Virus record (IMG/VR): IMGVR_UViG_3300021197_000088
Span: 1 to 54,442 of that record
DNA length: 54,442 nucleotides
Origin: a virus
Lineage: Duplodnaviria > Caudoviricetes
Reading direction: 5' to 3' (one strand)
Below are positions 38,534 to 47,752 of the stretch, one piece after another (the stretch's first letter is position 1; each line of letters opens with the position of its first letter). Under the pieces are notes generated by a model, which saw only the letters and a program-made list of their open reading frames with translations, was not told the origin of the DNA and made no database searches. The position numbers and the translations under genes were made by a program.

Positions 38534-40612
38534 TTATTTTCTAGAAGCTAATCCACTTCGCTTCATTTGTTTGGCTAGACCGCCGGATTTAAATGCTGCT
38601 TCTGAACCCATGCCACCAAAGTCACCGCCAATACCGCCCGGTGCGCTGCTGCCATCACTGCCGCTAACGTCCTTATTATCAGCCGCACCGCCCTTGTCTC
38701 TTTGATAGGCTTCAAGAGTTTCTTGCATCGTAGTACGGTCTTGCTGAAGTGAGGCTTGTTTTGCAGCTTCTTTGTTTGCTTCGTCTCTTTGGTCGTCTTT
38801 TATTTGGTCAACACTAAGAGTTCCACCTTTTTTATACCCTAATTGTTCAGCATATTTATTATATTTAACTTGCCCTGCTGGAGATATTTTGTCAAACTTG
38901 TCTTTACTTATCATACCGCCAGCCCAGCCAGTGTCTATAGAAGCTGTCGTAGCTTTACGCCAATCTCCAAAACTTCTGTACGACCTGCTTCCAAGTTCAG
39001 TTACAGCGGCTTCACCCGTGTTTGGGTCAATAGCTAAACCTTGTTTACTAAAGAAACCCCCAGTCGCAGGGTCAAAATCACCAGCGCGATTATTAGTACC
39101 CATAGATGCATATCTTGTTGGGTCTACTCCTAGTTGTGTTCTTAAAGCTCTTAGATTACGGGCTGTTTGAACAGATGCTGGTAAAAGTCCTGAAGCTGGT
39201 GATAAACTCGGTGAACCGGGGGATGGTTTTCCCGGTAAACGGTCGGCTTCGGACATAGTTGGTAGTTCCGATAAATCCTTTGGACCAAAAGGAGCAGATG
39301 GACCTCCTAATGGAGTAGGTAAAGACTCCGGGTCTTTTTGAAAAAAAGGTGCTATCTCTGGTACGCCTAATAGCTCTCTTATTAAATTACCGCCCGGAAT
39401 TATACTCATTAAGTCAAAACCCCTTCTTCCTGAAATAGCAAATCTATCTTTATTTGTTTCTTTGCCCTCTCTAAAATCTTTTAAAGTTTGCCCACCTACA
39501 AAAGTATTATTAATTTCACCACCATCACCAGTGTCTTGACCAGTTTGAGTTTGTCCCATTATTGGGGTTACAGTTGTTTCTGAAGTTTTTGTGTCTGTAG
39601 GCTGGTCTGCCATAGGCGTATATCCTTCAGGCACAGGATAAATAGGCTGACCATTCTTAAAAGGTATTTGTAAAGTTTGCCCAGCATCATTTTGATATGT
39701 GCGAAGTTCATCATACTGCCCTGCTTTTTTACCTACTGTTTCTGCGAAGGTTGGTAAATTAGTTGTTTGCAAAGCTGTCGTATACTGTGGACCAGTAAAC
39801 TGTGTTGGCTGGAAAAATGGAGTAGCACCACCATAAGGTGTGAAACCTGTAGGTTGCCCTTGATAATTTTGAAATCCTGTAATGCCTGTTGAGCCTGTTT
39901 GATATACTCCTGTCATTGGATTAACTTGATTAGGCGAAGATGGGGGTACATATCCACCTACATTCATTTCTAATCCGTCATCTTCTATATCTAGGTCATA
40001 TTCATTAAAAGGTAAATTGTCTGGCATTGTAGCTTCTTCACTATTACCCATCTGACCCATAGCTTCCATTTCAGCTAAACCTTGCTTGGCCTCTTGCCGC
40101 ATACGCATTAAATTTTCAAGGCCAATGTAACGTACCACATCTGCGGGTACAACAAACTCGCCTTCACTAAGTTGAGCAGGAATGTCATCACGTACTTCTT
40201 CTTGTGTTGAACCGGGTGGCACATCATTGCCAGACACAGGGTCTGTTGTACCGCCTTCATCCATGAGACCACCGTCATCAAAGAGTTCCATTTGTTTAGG
40301 CATACCGCCTTTTGCAAAACTATAATCAGCTTTTAACTTTTTATATTCTGCTACAAATTTTTCTTTTTCTTCATCCGTCATGTCTTTATGTTTACCTGCT
40401 GCAAGCATGTTTTGCATTTCAGTAAATCTATTTTTAGCTTTAATACTATTTTCTAAAGAATCTTGTGCCGCTTGTGACGCATCATCAACATTCATATCTT
40501 TAGTGCGTTCTCTTTCTGCAGCCAAACGAGCAGCCTGTTCATCTGTCATGTTGCCACTTTTAATACGAGTGCCTTCATCCGTTTTTTCTATGGTTGTTTT
40601 ATATTCAGCCAT
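38534..40612 (-). CDS. Virion-associated low-complexity protein with DDIPAQLSEGEFV domain and several xxGG motifs
   Basis: DPVSGN...DDIPAQLSEGEFVVPADVVR; lies between portal and scaffold. Confidence 0.7.
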   Translation of the reverse strand: MAEYKTTIEKTDEGTRIKSGNMTDEQAARLAAERERTKDMNVDDASQAAQDSLENSIKAKNRFTEMQNMLAAGKHKDMTDEEKEKFVAEYKKLKADYSFAKGGMPKQMELFDDGGLMDEGGTTDPVSGNDVPPGSTQEEVRDDIPAQLSEGEFVVPADVVRYIGLENLMRMRQEAKQGLAEMEAMGQMGNSEEATMPDNLPFNEYDLDIEDDGLEMNVGGYVPPSSPNQVNPMTGVYQTGSTGITGFQNYQGQPTGFTPYGGATPFFQPTQFTGPQYTTALQTTNLPTFAETVGKKAGQYDELRTYQNDAGQTLQIPFKNGQPIYPVPEGYTPMADQPTDTKTSETTVTPIMGQTQTGQDTGDGGEINNTFVGGQTLKDFREGKETNKDRFAISGRRGFDLMSIIPGGNLIRELLGVPEIAPFFQKDPESLPTPLGGPSAPFGPKDLSELPTMSEADRLPGKPSPGSPSLSPASGLLPASVQTARNLRALRTQLGVDPTRYASMGTNNRAGDFDPATGGFFSKQGLAIDPNTGEAAVTELGSRSYRSFGDWRKATTASIDTGWAGGMISKDKFDKISPAGQVKYNKYAEQLGYKKGGTLSVDQIKDDQRDEANKEAAKQASLQQDRTTMQETLEAYQRDKGGAADNKDVSGSDGSSAPGGIGGDFGGMGSEAAFKSGGLAKQMKRSGLASRK

Positions 40613-40814
40613 TGACTGCATCCCTTAATGTTTTAATACTACGCAACACCGCAATTGCTCCCTGCGCACGGTGCATTAATACTGTACTATCGCCTTGTTC
40701 TAAAGTACGATGTTGTTGTTCGATAAGCATATCTAAATACTTACTGAAGTGGCCCCATTGGCGGCTGTTGCTGACCAGCGGCTTGAGTTTGCTGAGTATT
40801 TCCTTGTTGTCCAC
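40605..40814 (-). CDS. Small conserved protein downstream of portal
   Basis: HRAQGAI..LR motif; GTG start inferred, overlapping the portal 3' end. Confidence 0.7.
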   Translation of the reverse strand: MDNKEILSKLKPLVSNSRQWGHFSKYLDMLIEQQHRTLEQGDSTVLMHRAQGAIAVLRSIKTLRDAVNG

Positions 40815-42876
40815 TTGCACTAAATCCTTGTTCACCCGGAACAGGAACTTGTCCTGTACCTATATTTCCACCACCTGCACCTGTTGGGTCCATTGGATTA
40901 GCACCCGGTGGTGCTTGTCCCTGCTCCGGCATTGGAGCTTGGAAGCCCTTCATAATTTCTGCTTGCAGTGCAGCTTCATCCATATTGTTGGTAACTTTGT
41001 CTGGGTCTAAGTCCATAGACTTTGCAATCTCTCGTATTACATATTGGAACTTAGCAAAAGGAGCGAGTGCAGGGTTACTCGCAATTTGTAGGAACTGCAT
41101 GAGTCTTTGGCTGCGCACTTCGTTTGCCATAAGACTTTCAGTACCACGAGCTTTAACTTCTAAGTCCCCTTTTATTTCAGGGTCAAAGTCAAACTGCATG
41201 TTAAATCTAAATAGTCCCTCCCCTAAAGGACGAAGAAGATAGTCATCCACATTTTTAATAACTGTTTTTGTACCACCTTGAGCCGCACCCATCAACATAG
41301 AAATACCAGAGGCAGTACGACCTACTCCTGTAACTCCTGTTTGTCCATGTGCAAAAGATGGAAAGCCTGTACTTTCATCTGCTAATACACGAGCTTTATC
41401 AAACAGCATCATATTCTCTTGTGCTACATTTGGAAACTTTGTACCAAACAATGCCTGTCCCGGTGCGCCACCTTGTCTACGAAATATCTTACCCGGATAT
41501 ATAGACAGGTCTTGACCCGGCACTAGGTTTGTTTCATCTACCTCTACAATTAAATTGCCTGACAATACTGCATTGTCTACAGCCATACGCATAAAGCCAT
41601 TCATTAATGTCTGCGTATCATCCATGTTTTCAGCAATACCAATACCAAAGAAAGAGTATGGGTTTAGTTCGTAAGGAGAAGCACAGTAAGGTATCTTAGA
41701 AGGTTTAAATGGATTAAGAACCATGCGAAGCAACTTACCACCACAAATCCAAACATTGGCTTGCAACTCATCAAACTCTTTTAATTCTTTTGGAATCTTT
41801 ACGTCGTGTTCTTCAAGTAACTCTACATCTACCATTCCCCAATATTCTAATACTTCAAAACGGTCAATGCCATGTTCGGGTGCGTAGTCAGTTAAATCTT
41901 CTTCCCAGTATTTTTTAGTATAGTTTTCGCCTGTAGCAATAACTTCATCAATAACACCACTTCTAAAATAAGGACGCTTTTTAAGATTACGCAATTGTGT
42001 ACGTGACATTTTGTGTCTCTCAATTACGTACTGTGCTTCGTCCATATTATTGGCATCTGGGTCTGGATAAAAGTTCCAAACAGAAACATGGTTTACCTGT
42101 GGTATTGTTTTAAACATTGGGTCATATTCACCATCATCACTCCAATTAGGATATTCTTTGTCAACGGCAAATGGGCCTTTCATAATACCTGTACCAAATA
42201 AAGCCATTTCAAAAGCTGCGCTACGTAGATGTTTAGTTGCGCCAGACTCTTCTAGTTGGTCATGTATTTTCTTTTGCATTTTCTTTGCAGCAATTAAAGC
42301 AGGACTAAATGCAATAGCCGTAGGTGTTTGACCCGGACCTTCTTTTAATTTATCTTGTATTGGCTCAAGTTTATTTTCCAATACCCCAAGTTTTTCTTGG
42401 AGACTTTGGGCTGTGGCACCCGCAGGGAAATCCATTCCATCTCCCGAAAAACCATAGGGACTAGAAAGTGCAGTCTCACTACGCAATTGTTCCGGTTCTT
42501 TAGGGTCAAAATGTACATCTGCTACAACCCCCTCTGGTAATTCTGTTGGTTCAATAGATAAAGGAAAACGCTGATTAGCAAATAAGACATCAACAATTTG
42601 TCCATATGCTGCCAGCGTTTTTGTTTTTGTTACTTTAATAAATACACGAGACTTTTCAGATTCGGTAAACTGCACATCAGGACCATACAAACCACGATAA
42701 TTCCTATACGCACGAAGCCAACGCTCTTCATCGTGGTATCTGTAATCTTCTGATTTTTTATATCTTTCAGTAATAAAGGGAATAATATTACTTACATCAA
42801 TATCTGTTTTAGCTGTATCATCTGTATCTTCCAGAGCGATAGCGTCATCTTCAATCATAATTTCATCTTCAGCCAT
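40741..42876 (-). CDS. Portal protein
   Basis: SRVFIKVTKTK, LFGTGIMKGPF, WNFYPDP, PYSFFGIG, RTASGISML; downstream of TerL. Confidence 0.9.
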   Translation of the reverse strand: MAEDEIMIEDDAIALEDTDDTAKTDIDVSNIIPFITERYKKSEDYRYHDEERWLRAYRNYRGLYGPDVQFTESEKSRVFIKVTKTKTLAAYGQIVDVLFANQRFPLSIEPTELPEGVVADVHFDPKEPEQLRSETALSSPYGFSGDGMDFPAGATAQSLQEKLGVLENKLEPIQDKLKEGPGQTPTAIAFSPALIAAKKMQKKIHDQLEESGATKHLRSAAFEMALFGTGIMKGPFAVDKEYPNWSDDGEYDPMFKTIPQVNHVSVWNFYPDPDANNMDEAQYVIERHKMSRTQLRNLKKRPYFRSGVIDEVIATGENYTKKYWEEDLTDYAPEHGIDRFEVLEYWGMVDVELLEEHDVKIPKELKEFDELQANVWICGGKLLRMVLNPFKPSKIPYCASPYELNPYSFFGIGIAENMDDTQTLMNGFMRMAVDNAVLSGNLIVEVDETNLVPGQDLSIYPGKIFRRQGGAPGQALFGTKFPNVAQENMMLFDKARVLADESTGFPSFAHGQTGVTGVGRTASGISMLMGAAQGGTKTVIKNVDDYLLRPLGEGLFRFNMQFDFDPEIKGDLEVKARGTESLMANEVRSQRLMQFLQIASNPALAPFAKFQYVIREIAKSMDLDPDKVTNNMDEAALQAEIMKGFQAPMPEQGQAPPGANPMDPTGAGGGNIGTGQVPVPGEQGFSASGQQGNTQQTQAAGQQQPPMGPLQ

Positions 42877-43064
42877 TATACTTCCTTTGCTCCTACGATA
42901 GTGCATTTATAATCTACGGACTTCCAATGCCCGTCTTTAGGAATCTCTTCGTGTATTTGTTTCATTTCTATACATTGCGGTTGTTGTTCAAACCACTGTA
43001 TTGTCTGTGTTCCACAAGAACTTGTATCACACACAGTTAATAATAAAGTCCAAATTACTTCCAT
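42876..43064 (-). CDS. Small Cys-containing protein with hydrophobic N-terminus
   Basis: WTLLLTVC...C...QC...YKC. Confidence 0.7.
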   Translation of the reverse strand: MEVIWTLLLTVCDTSSCGTQTIQWFEQQPQCIEMKQIHEEIPKDGHWKSVDYKCTIVGAKEV

Positions 43065-43065
43065 C

Positions 43066-44625
43066 TTAATATCCAAATGTTGTGTCTGCTACTTGCATAC
43101 CCCCACTTGGTCTACCCATTGGGTCGTAATCAAATATACTAAATCTTGGTCTGCTCATTATACCATATCTTAACGCATCATACAAGTGGTCTTCACTCTT
43201 TGTATCCACGTCTTCGGGATTTTTTTTGTCCAGTGGTATGGCGGGAAGTTGGGATATGACATTTGTGCAAGTATCAAAGAAAACAAGTCTAGGCTCCTCT
43301 GTAAATTCATCTATCTGTAGTCTTCGGTGTATTTCGTTTTTACCCGCTATACGACTACCTCTACTTCTATCTGATGGTCTCCAACGACAACCTTTGCTAA
43401 TCATTTGTTCTGCCAAAGAAGGACCAGTATCGCCACGTTTATGCCACAAAGAACTATCCAGAACACCGTACTTAATATTACCATCGCCAGCCTCTAAGTC
43501 CAATATCATATCTGCCAAATCTGTGGCAAGGACTTTGCTAACGTACAGTTCTCTATATACCACAAGCTGTTCATCAGGTGCAACAGCAATCCAAACAACA
43601 CCAGACTTACTACCGTAACCATAATCACAAGCCCTAAACTTAACCCAGTTACTAGGAATACGGAAAGGCTCAACAACATGAACATCACGATTAAATTCTG
43701 TAAAAGCCGCACCTTCTTTAATATCCCAGTCTCCGTCAAGGAGTTGTCTTCTTTGTTGCTCTGGCATTGAGAGTAGCATGGCTTCGTAATCACCCGACTC
43801 TGCAAGATACGGATTGTCGGAAAGTCTTGCGGGTATAAAACGTCTTTTGAATAAAGGTCTTCCAGCTTTTGCATGACCTGATGGGTATCTGAGTACTTCT
43901 CCTGTTTCGCTATCTGTTGCATCGTAGGCTCTATTATAAGGGGCTGGGTCAATAAATATTTTTTTAACCCACTGATGACCTCTACCGCCGGGGTTGGTCG
44001 TAGCCCTCATAAATATTGGCAAGTCTGGTGCAGTGGACCGTAGACGTGACCGCATGTAATTCCATGCGTAAGGTGTGGCCCATTGTGTCAACTCGTCAAA
44101 ACCTATCCAGCTAAATGCTAGACCCTGATAGCGCAAGACATCATCATCTCTGTCGAGATAAGACATCCACAACCTTGCGCCAGATGGTGCAGTCCACTGC
44201 ATCTTTCTTTCTGACCACTTAATACCGGGCCAGATTTTCGGGTACAACTCCTGCGACTTAAATATAAGTTCGCGCAACTCCTCTGTGGTGTGTCGCAGCA
44301 GAAGCCCACTAAACTGTGGATGCCCCATGTATCGTAGTGGGTCTGCAAGCATGGCATAACTTTTGCCACCACCTGCTGAACCACCATACAAAACTTCTCT
44401 TTCACTTGCAGCCAAGAACTCCGTCTGTGGTCCTACGTTTGGCTTGAACAACACATTAGCGTGTTCTTCTATGCTTTGTGTTTCATATGAAACTTCTTTA
44501 ATCTTAGCTGCTGGCTTTGGAACCTGTTCTTTGGTTACTGATTTCTTCCGCTTTGGCGATTGCCGTTTTCGCATATTCTGCCCACTTGCGGAGGCTTGCA
44601 GCTTGATTCTTACGTCTTCGCTCAT
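43066..44625 (-). CDS. terL: Terminase large subunit (start uncertain)
   Basis: PQTEFL, Walker A GGSAGGGKS, Walker B IGFDE, ATTNPGG, DYGYG, EDHLYDALRY. Confidence 0.93.
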   Translation of the reverse strand: MSEDVRIKLQASASGQNMRKRQSPKRKKSVTKEQVPKPAAKIKEVSYETQSIEEHANVLFKPNVGPQTEFLAASEREVLYGGSAGGGKSYAMLADPLRYMGHPQFSGLLLRHTTEELRELIFKSQELYPKIWPGIKWSERKMQWTAPSGARLWMSYLDRDDDVLRYQGLAFSWIGFDELTQWATPYAWNYMRSRLRSTAPDLPIFMRATTNPGGRGHQWVKKIFIDPAPYNRAYDATDSETGEVLRYPSGHAKAGRPLFKRRFIPARLSDNPYLAESGDYEAMLLSMPEQQRRQLLDGDWDIKEGAAFTEFNRDVHVVEPFRIPSNWVKFRACDYGYGSKSGVVWIAVAPDEQLVVYRELYVSKVLATDLADMILDLEAGDGNIKYGVLDSSLWHKRGDTGPSLAEQMISKGCRWRPSDRSRGSRIAGKNEIHRRLQIDEFTEEPRLVFFDTCTNVISQLPAIPLDKKNPEDVDTKSEDHLYDALRYGIMSRPRFSIFDYDPMGRPSGGMQVADTTFGY

Positions 44626-44905
44626 ACTGTAATCTTTTCCTCAATCCTACATGCGAGATATATCTGCCAGTCTGTGTACTCAACCAGTTAGCTACTTCAC
44701 GATAGCTGTATTGATTTACGTGTGACCTAGCTTTCTCTAGCAAGTCCAATTCTATTTGGATAGGTTGAAGAATGTCAGGGTCTTCATCATCCTGTTTATA
44801 TCCGAATGGTACAGTACGTGCAATACGTGGGATAGGTATCCACTCGTTTTCTTCTTTGATGTCTGTTGGCTGTGGTAGCTTCCACTTGCCTATGCTGCGT
44901 GTCAT
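44504..44905 (-). CDS. Putative DNA-binding (recombinase-HTH-like) protein
   Basis: VPFGY...SYREVANWL...ISHVGL. Confidence 0.7.
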   Translation of the reverse strand: MTRSIGKWKLPQPTDIKEENEWIPIPRIARTVPFGYKQDDEDPDILQPIQIELDLLEKARSHVNQYSYREVANWLSTQTGRYISHVGLRKRLQYERRRKNQAASLRKWAEYAKTAIAKAEEISNQRTGSKASS

Positions 44906-45171
44906 CTAGGTTTATTTTTTTTCTTAGCACGATTTTGTAATGCTTTAAGTGGGGCTTTTGGTCTTAAAACTGCATCAACACTTTTATTATACTTTTTAGC
45001 TATTCTCCTAGCTTCTGCTTCTCTTGCAGCATCCGTCATTGCTTTACCTTTCAATGCACGTACTTCTGATTGAAAAGTTGGTTTTTCTTTTGGTGTTGGT
45101 GTTGGTTTTTTAATTTTAGGTGCTTTTTTTGCCGCTTTTGTGACTCCCCGTAATATTTTAGTTATAGCCAT
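44902..45171 (-). CDS. Small basic protein
   Basis: GAGG SD, Lys/Ala/Pro-rich, coupled at both ends. Confidence 0.7.
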   Translation of the reverse strand: MAITKILRGVTKAAKKAPKIKKPTPTPKEKPTFQSEVRALKGKAMTDAAREAEARRIAKKYNKSVDAVLRPKAPLKALQNRAKKKNKPR

Positions 45172-45548
45172 TAGTCATCATCCTCTTCTATAATAGCTTT
45201 AGGTGGCATAAGCATGACACCCCCTGATGCTTCTACCTGCATCTTCTCTGTCTTAACCAAGCCTACACGGTCAAGCAGTTCTTTAGCTGCAGACATCTTA
45301 TCACGAATACCCAACTCAGTCGGGTCATACAAAGCACCTGTCATCGCCATCGCAGCCTTCGGCGCATTACGAGCCATGTACATTTGTGTTGCCTCAAGGA
45401 TTTCTTCTTTAAGACCTTTAACAATTTCCGAAGTGCCAGAAGTGTCAGCATATCCCGCCATCTTTTTTGCCATTACCATATCGCCACCTGCCTCTTCAAA
45501 CAGGACGTTTAAGAACGCTTGTTGTTTTTCTGTAAGTTCTCTAGCCAT
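45171..45548 (-). CDS. Putative terminase small subunit
   Basis: LTEKQQAFL...AKKMAGY HTH start, AAKELLDRVG. Confidence 0.65.
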   Translation of the reverse strand: MARELTEKQQAFLNVLFEEAGGDMVMAKKMAGYADTSGTSEIVKGLKEEILEATQMYMARNAPKAAMAMTGALYDPTELGIRDKMSAAKELLDRVGLVKTEKMQVEASGGVMLMPPKAIIEEDDD

Positions 45549-45700
45549 TAATCCAATGCTTTCTTAATAAAATCTACTACCCTATAAGGGTCTAAAAATT
45601 TAGTAGGTTTTTTCTTTTTGCCGACATAAGTTTGTGCGCCAGTACCTGCTCTTGTTGGCTTTTTTTCATTGATAAAAATTTTTTCATACTTGTCCGACAT
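45548..45700 (-). CDS. Small basic protein, 50 aa (MSDKYEKIF...)
   Basis: Read manually; GGAG SD; TAATG coupling at both ends. Confidence 0.65.
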   Translation of the reverse strand: MSDKYEKIFINEKKPTRAGTGAQTYVGKKKKPTKFLDPYRVVDFIKKALD

Positions 45701-46185
45701 TAAAATTCTCCGTTGTGCATAGCATTAGCCAACTTAGTAGCCCTGCCTTTTACTTGTGTTGCCCATCTGCTGTCGAGCATTTCTTTTGCTGCGGTAGGAT
45801 AGTCTTCCGCTTCTATAGCTGCCCACATCTTTTTAAACTTACACAATCTAGGCACGCCCATATTAAATGCCATATCTATACATATAAGCTGACGTACAGA
45901 GTCCAACCTGTCTACGCAAGGATGCGCACGTAACAGTTCTTCCTCGACAATCTGTACGTCATTCTCTGCTAGATAGACCGCATCAGCTTCGGTGATTCCG
46001 TATTCATACACGTGATTAATAGACGGAATATCTAAATCGTCTAGCTCTTCTTTAGTTATACCACGGTCTTCTAGGTTTCGTCCAATACCAATAGTATCAA
46101 TTCCCAATGTATCTTTATACACCTGAAGGCGCAGACCCTCATGCTTTATCAATTCTTTTACTAGGTCGTGTCGGTCGTACTTCAT
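45700..46185 (-). CDS. Endolysin, GH24 (T4 lysozyme-like)
   Basis: HEGLRLQVYKDTLGIDTIGIG (E-x8-D-x5-T), MAFNMG, EMLDSRWATQV..RA. Confidence 0.92.
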   Translation of the reverse strand: MKYDRHDLVKELIKHEGLRLQVYKDTLGIDTIGIGRNLEDRGITKEELDDLDIPSINHVYEYGITEADAVYLAENDVQIVEEELLRAHPCVDRLDSVRQLICIDMAFNMGVPRLCKFKKMWAAIEAEDYPTAAKEMLDSRWATQVKGRATKLANAMHNGEF

Positions 46186-46384
46186 TTTCCTTACCCTCGT
46201 GATTCATCCATACCGCAAATGCACCTGTCATGGCCCCCGTGACTACACTCACTAGTGCCGCTTGCTGACTTGTTGGGTCTTGCAGTGTCATGAACCACTC
46301 CACTACTCTCCACGCTGATACCGACATCATTAGCATCATTAGTCGCGGAATCAGTTTCCACTCTAATATTTTCTGCGCTGCCAT
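46139..46384 (-). CDS. Holin-like two-TM protein
   Basis: Two hydrophobic helices, charged tail, adjacent to the endolysin. Confidence 0.6.
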   Translation of the reverse strand: MAAQKILEWKLIPRLMMLMMSVSAWRVVEWFMTLQDPTSQQAALVSVVTGAMTGAFAVWMNHEGKENEVRPTRPSKRIDKA

Positions 46385-46767
46385 TATTTTTTACCAAAGA
46401 ATTTTGTCGCACTACGAACTCCAAAAGAAGCGGCAACGATGACTCCAAGTGAGTACTGATACCACTCAGGCATTTTGTTGAGTTGTTCAAATCCATTTCT
46501 TACCACATCTTCCATACCCGGAATGAAAGCTAATATTAATGGTATACTAAATAAAATTACTAGCCACTCGTCTTTCCAACTTGAAGACGAAGCACGAGCC
46601 ATTTCAATGTCCCAATCAATTTCTCCAGTGGCTTTCTTCTCCATGATAGCTGCTTCAGCCACAGCTTTTGCGACTTTAGTTTTAGCATTTGCTTTTGTTT
46701 GTTCAACTTTGCCATCCATCCAACTCCCTGCTATATTAGCAATCGGACCTATCAATGCTGTCCACAT
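46384..46767 (-). CDS. Holin-like membrane protein
   Basis: SWKDEW, PEWYQY...ASFGVR; TM helices; in the lysis cassette. Confidence 0.65.
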   Translation of the reverse strand: MWTALIGPIANIAGSWMDGKVEQTKANAKTKVAKAVAEAAIMEKKATGEIDWDIEMARASSSSWKDEWLVILFSIPLILAFIPGMEDVVRNGFEQLNKMPEWYQYSLGVIVAASFGVRSATKFFGKK

Positions 46768-47018
46768 TAACCTACTCCTCGTCTGAACTGCGCGGTTTTC
46801 TTTTGTATCTTTTTAGGCTGCTTGACGAACTGCTTACCAGCACGAGTTCCTTTTCTTTTAGCAGCGGTGGTGGCTGCGTACTCTTGCGAAGAAAGCGACT
46901 TGATAGCCGCCTCTGGTAAGTAACGTTCACCCGTTTTGGCTGATGGTTTACCACTCTTGGTTCTCCATTTCTGTCCCGTCCAGTTCTTTAAACTCTGTTG
47001 TGACTTTTTAAGTGCCAT
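46767..47018 (-). CDS. Conserved basic protein (SLKNWT.QKW.TKSG...GERYLP family)
   Basis: Motif recognised; usually associated with the GQWSARKAQ protein. Confidence 0.75.
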   Translation of the reverse strand: MALKKSQQSLKNWTGQKWRTKSGKPSAKTGERYLPEAAIKSLSSQEYAATTAAKRKGTRAGKQFVKQPKKIQKKTAQFRRGVG

Positions 47019-47024
47019 GTTTAA

Positions 47025-47053
47025 GTTATACCACTATCTTATACGTTTGTCAA
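47025..47053 (-). promoter_or_regulatory. Sigma70 promoter, probably giving a leaderless mRNA
   Basis: Minus strand TTGACA-17 bp-TATAAC with TG; ATG starts 6 nt after the -10. Confidence 0.8.
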
Positions 47054-47512
47054 GAGAAAAATAAATAAACCTATTGCTATAGCACCTATTACACCCACGC
47101 CCATAGCCAGTTTAATATTTTCTATTATTTCTTTTTGCCGCCGCATTACTTCTCTTCTAGCTTTTGCTGCAGCCTCTTTTGCTTCTTTTATACGTCTAGC
47201 CCGTAAGTCTACTATACTCTGCCATGTGCCGGGGCCAAAGCGCATATCAACAAGGGTACGCATTTCTTGTAGTTTTTCTTTTGCTATACGTGCGTCTATT
47301 ACTTCTTGGGCTACTGACTCTATACCAAACTGGTCTCCAATGCCTACACCAGATTTCTTAGCCCTTTGTTGCTGTACTTGTTTTTCGCCCTCAAGAAGAT
47401 TGTCTACGTATTTAGCAATCTCGCCTATATCGTTGGCGGTATTAATGGTAGATTTAATACCATCTACGGCACTCTTTACCAGTGCAATACCCGCAAGGGT
47501 TTCTGCAATCAT
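47039..47512 (-). CDS. Coiled-coil protein with C-terminal TM anchor
   Basis: GAGG SD; RFGPGTWQ motif; hydrophobic C-terminus. Confidence 0.8.
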   Translation of the reverse strand: MIAETLAGIALVKSAVDGIKSTINTANDIGEIAKYVDNLLEGEKQVQQQRAKKSGVGIGDQFGIESVAQEVIDARIAKEKLQEMRTLVDMRFGPGTWQSIVDLRARRIKEAKEAAAKARREVMRRQKEIIENIKLAMGVGVIGAIAIGLFIFLLTNV

Positions 47513-47536
47513 CTCTGTTCCTCATTGGTTGGTTAA

Positions 47537-47752
47537 TTAGTCGCACTTATCTTTTCCTGCACAGTCTTTGGGATAACAATGCACTTGCATAGAGTAGTAG
47601 TCATTTTGGTAACTAGCTGCCCATTTATTATCTTGTAACATATATTCACATTGTTTTTCAGTCATAGGTTCTTGTAATGCGAGTTGTCCTATATAATGGT
47701 CTGTAACACCATCACTACCCCACATACTTATGACCATTATCCACTCTTTCAT
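47537..47752 (-). CDS. Small Cys-containing protein
   Basis: WIMVISMW...KQC...VHCYP. Confidence 0.7.
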   Translation of the reverse strand: MKEWIMVISMWGSDGVTDHYIGQLALQEPMTEKQCEYMLQDNKWAASYQNDYYSMQVHCYPKDCAGKDKCD

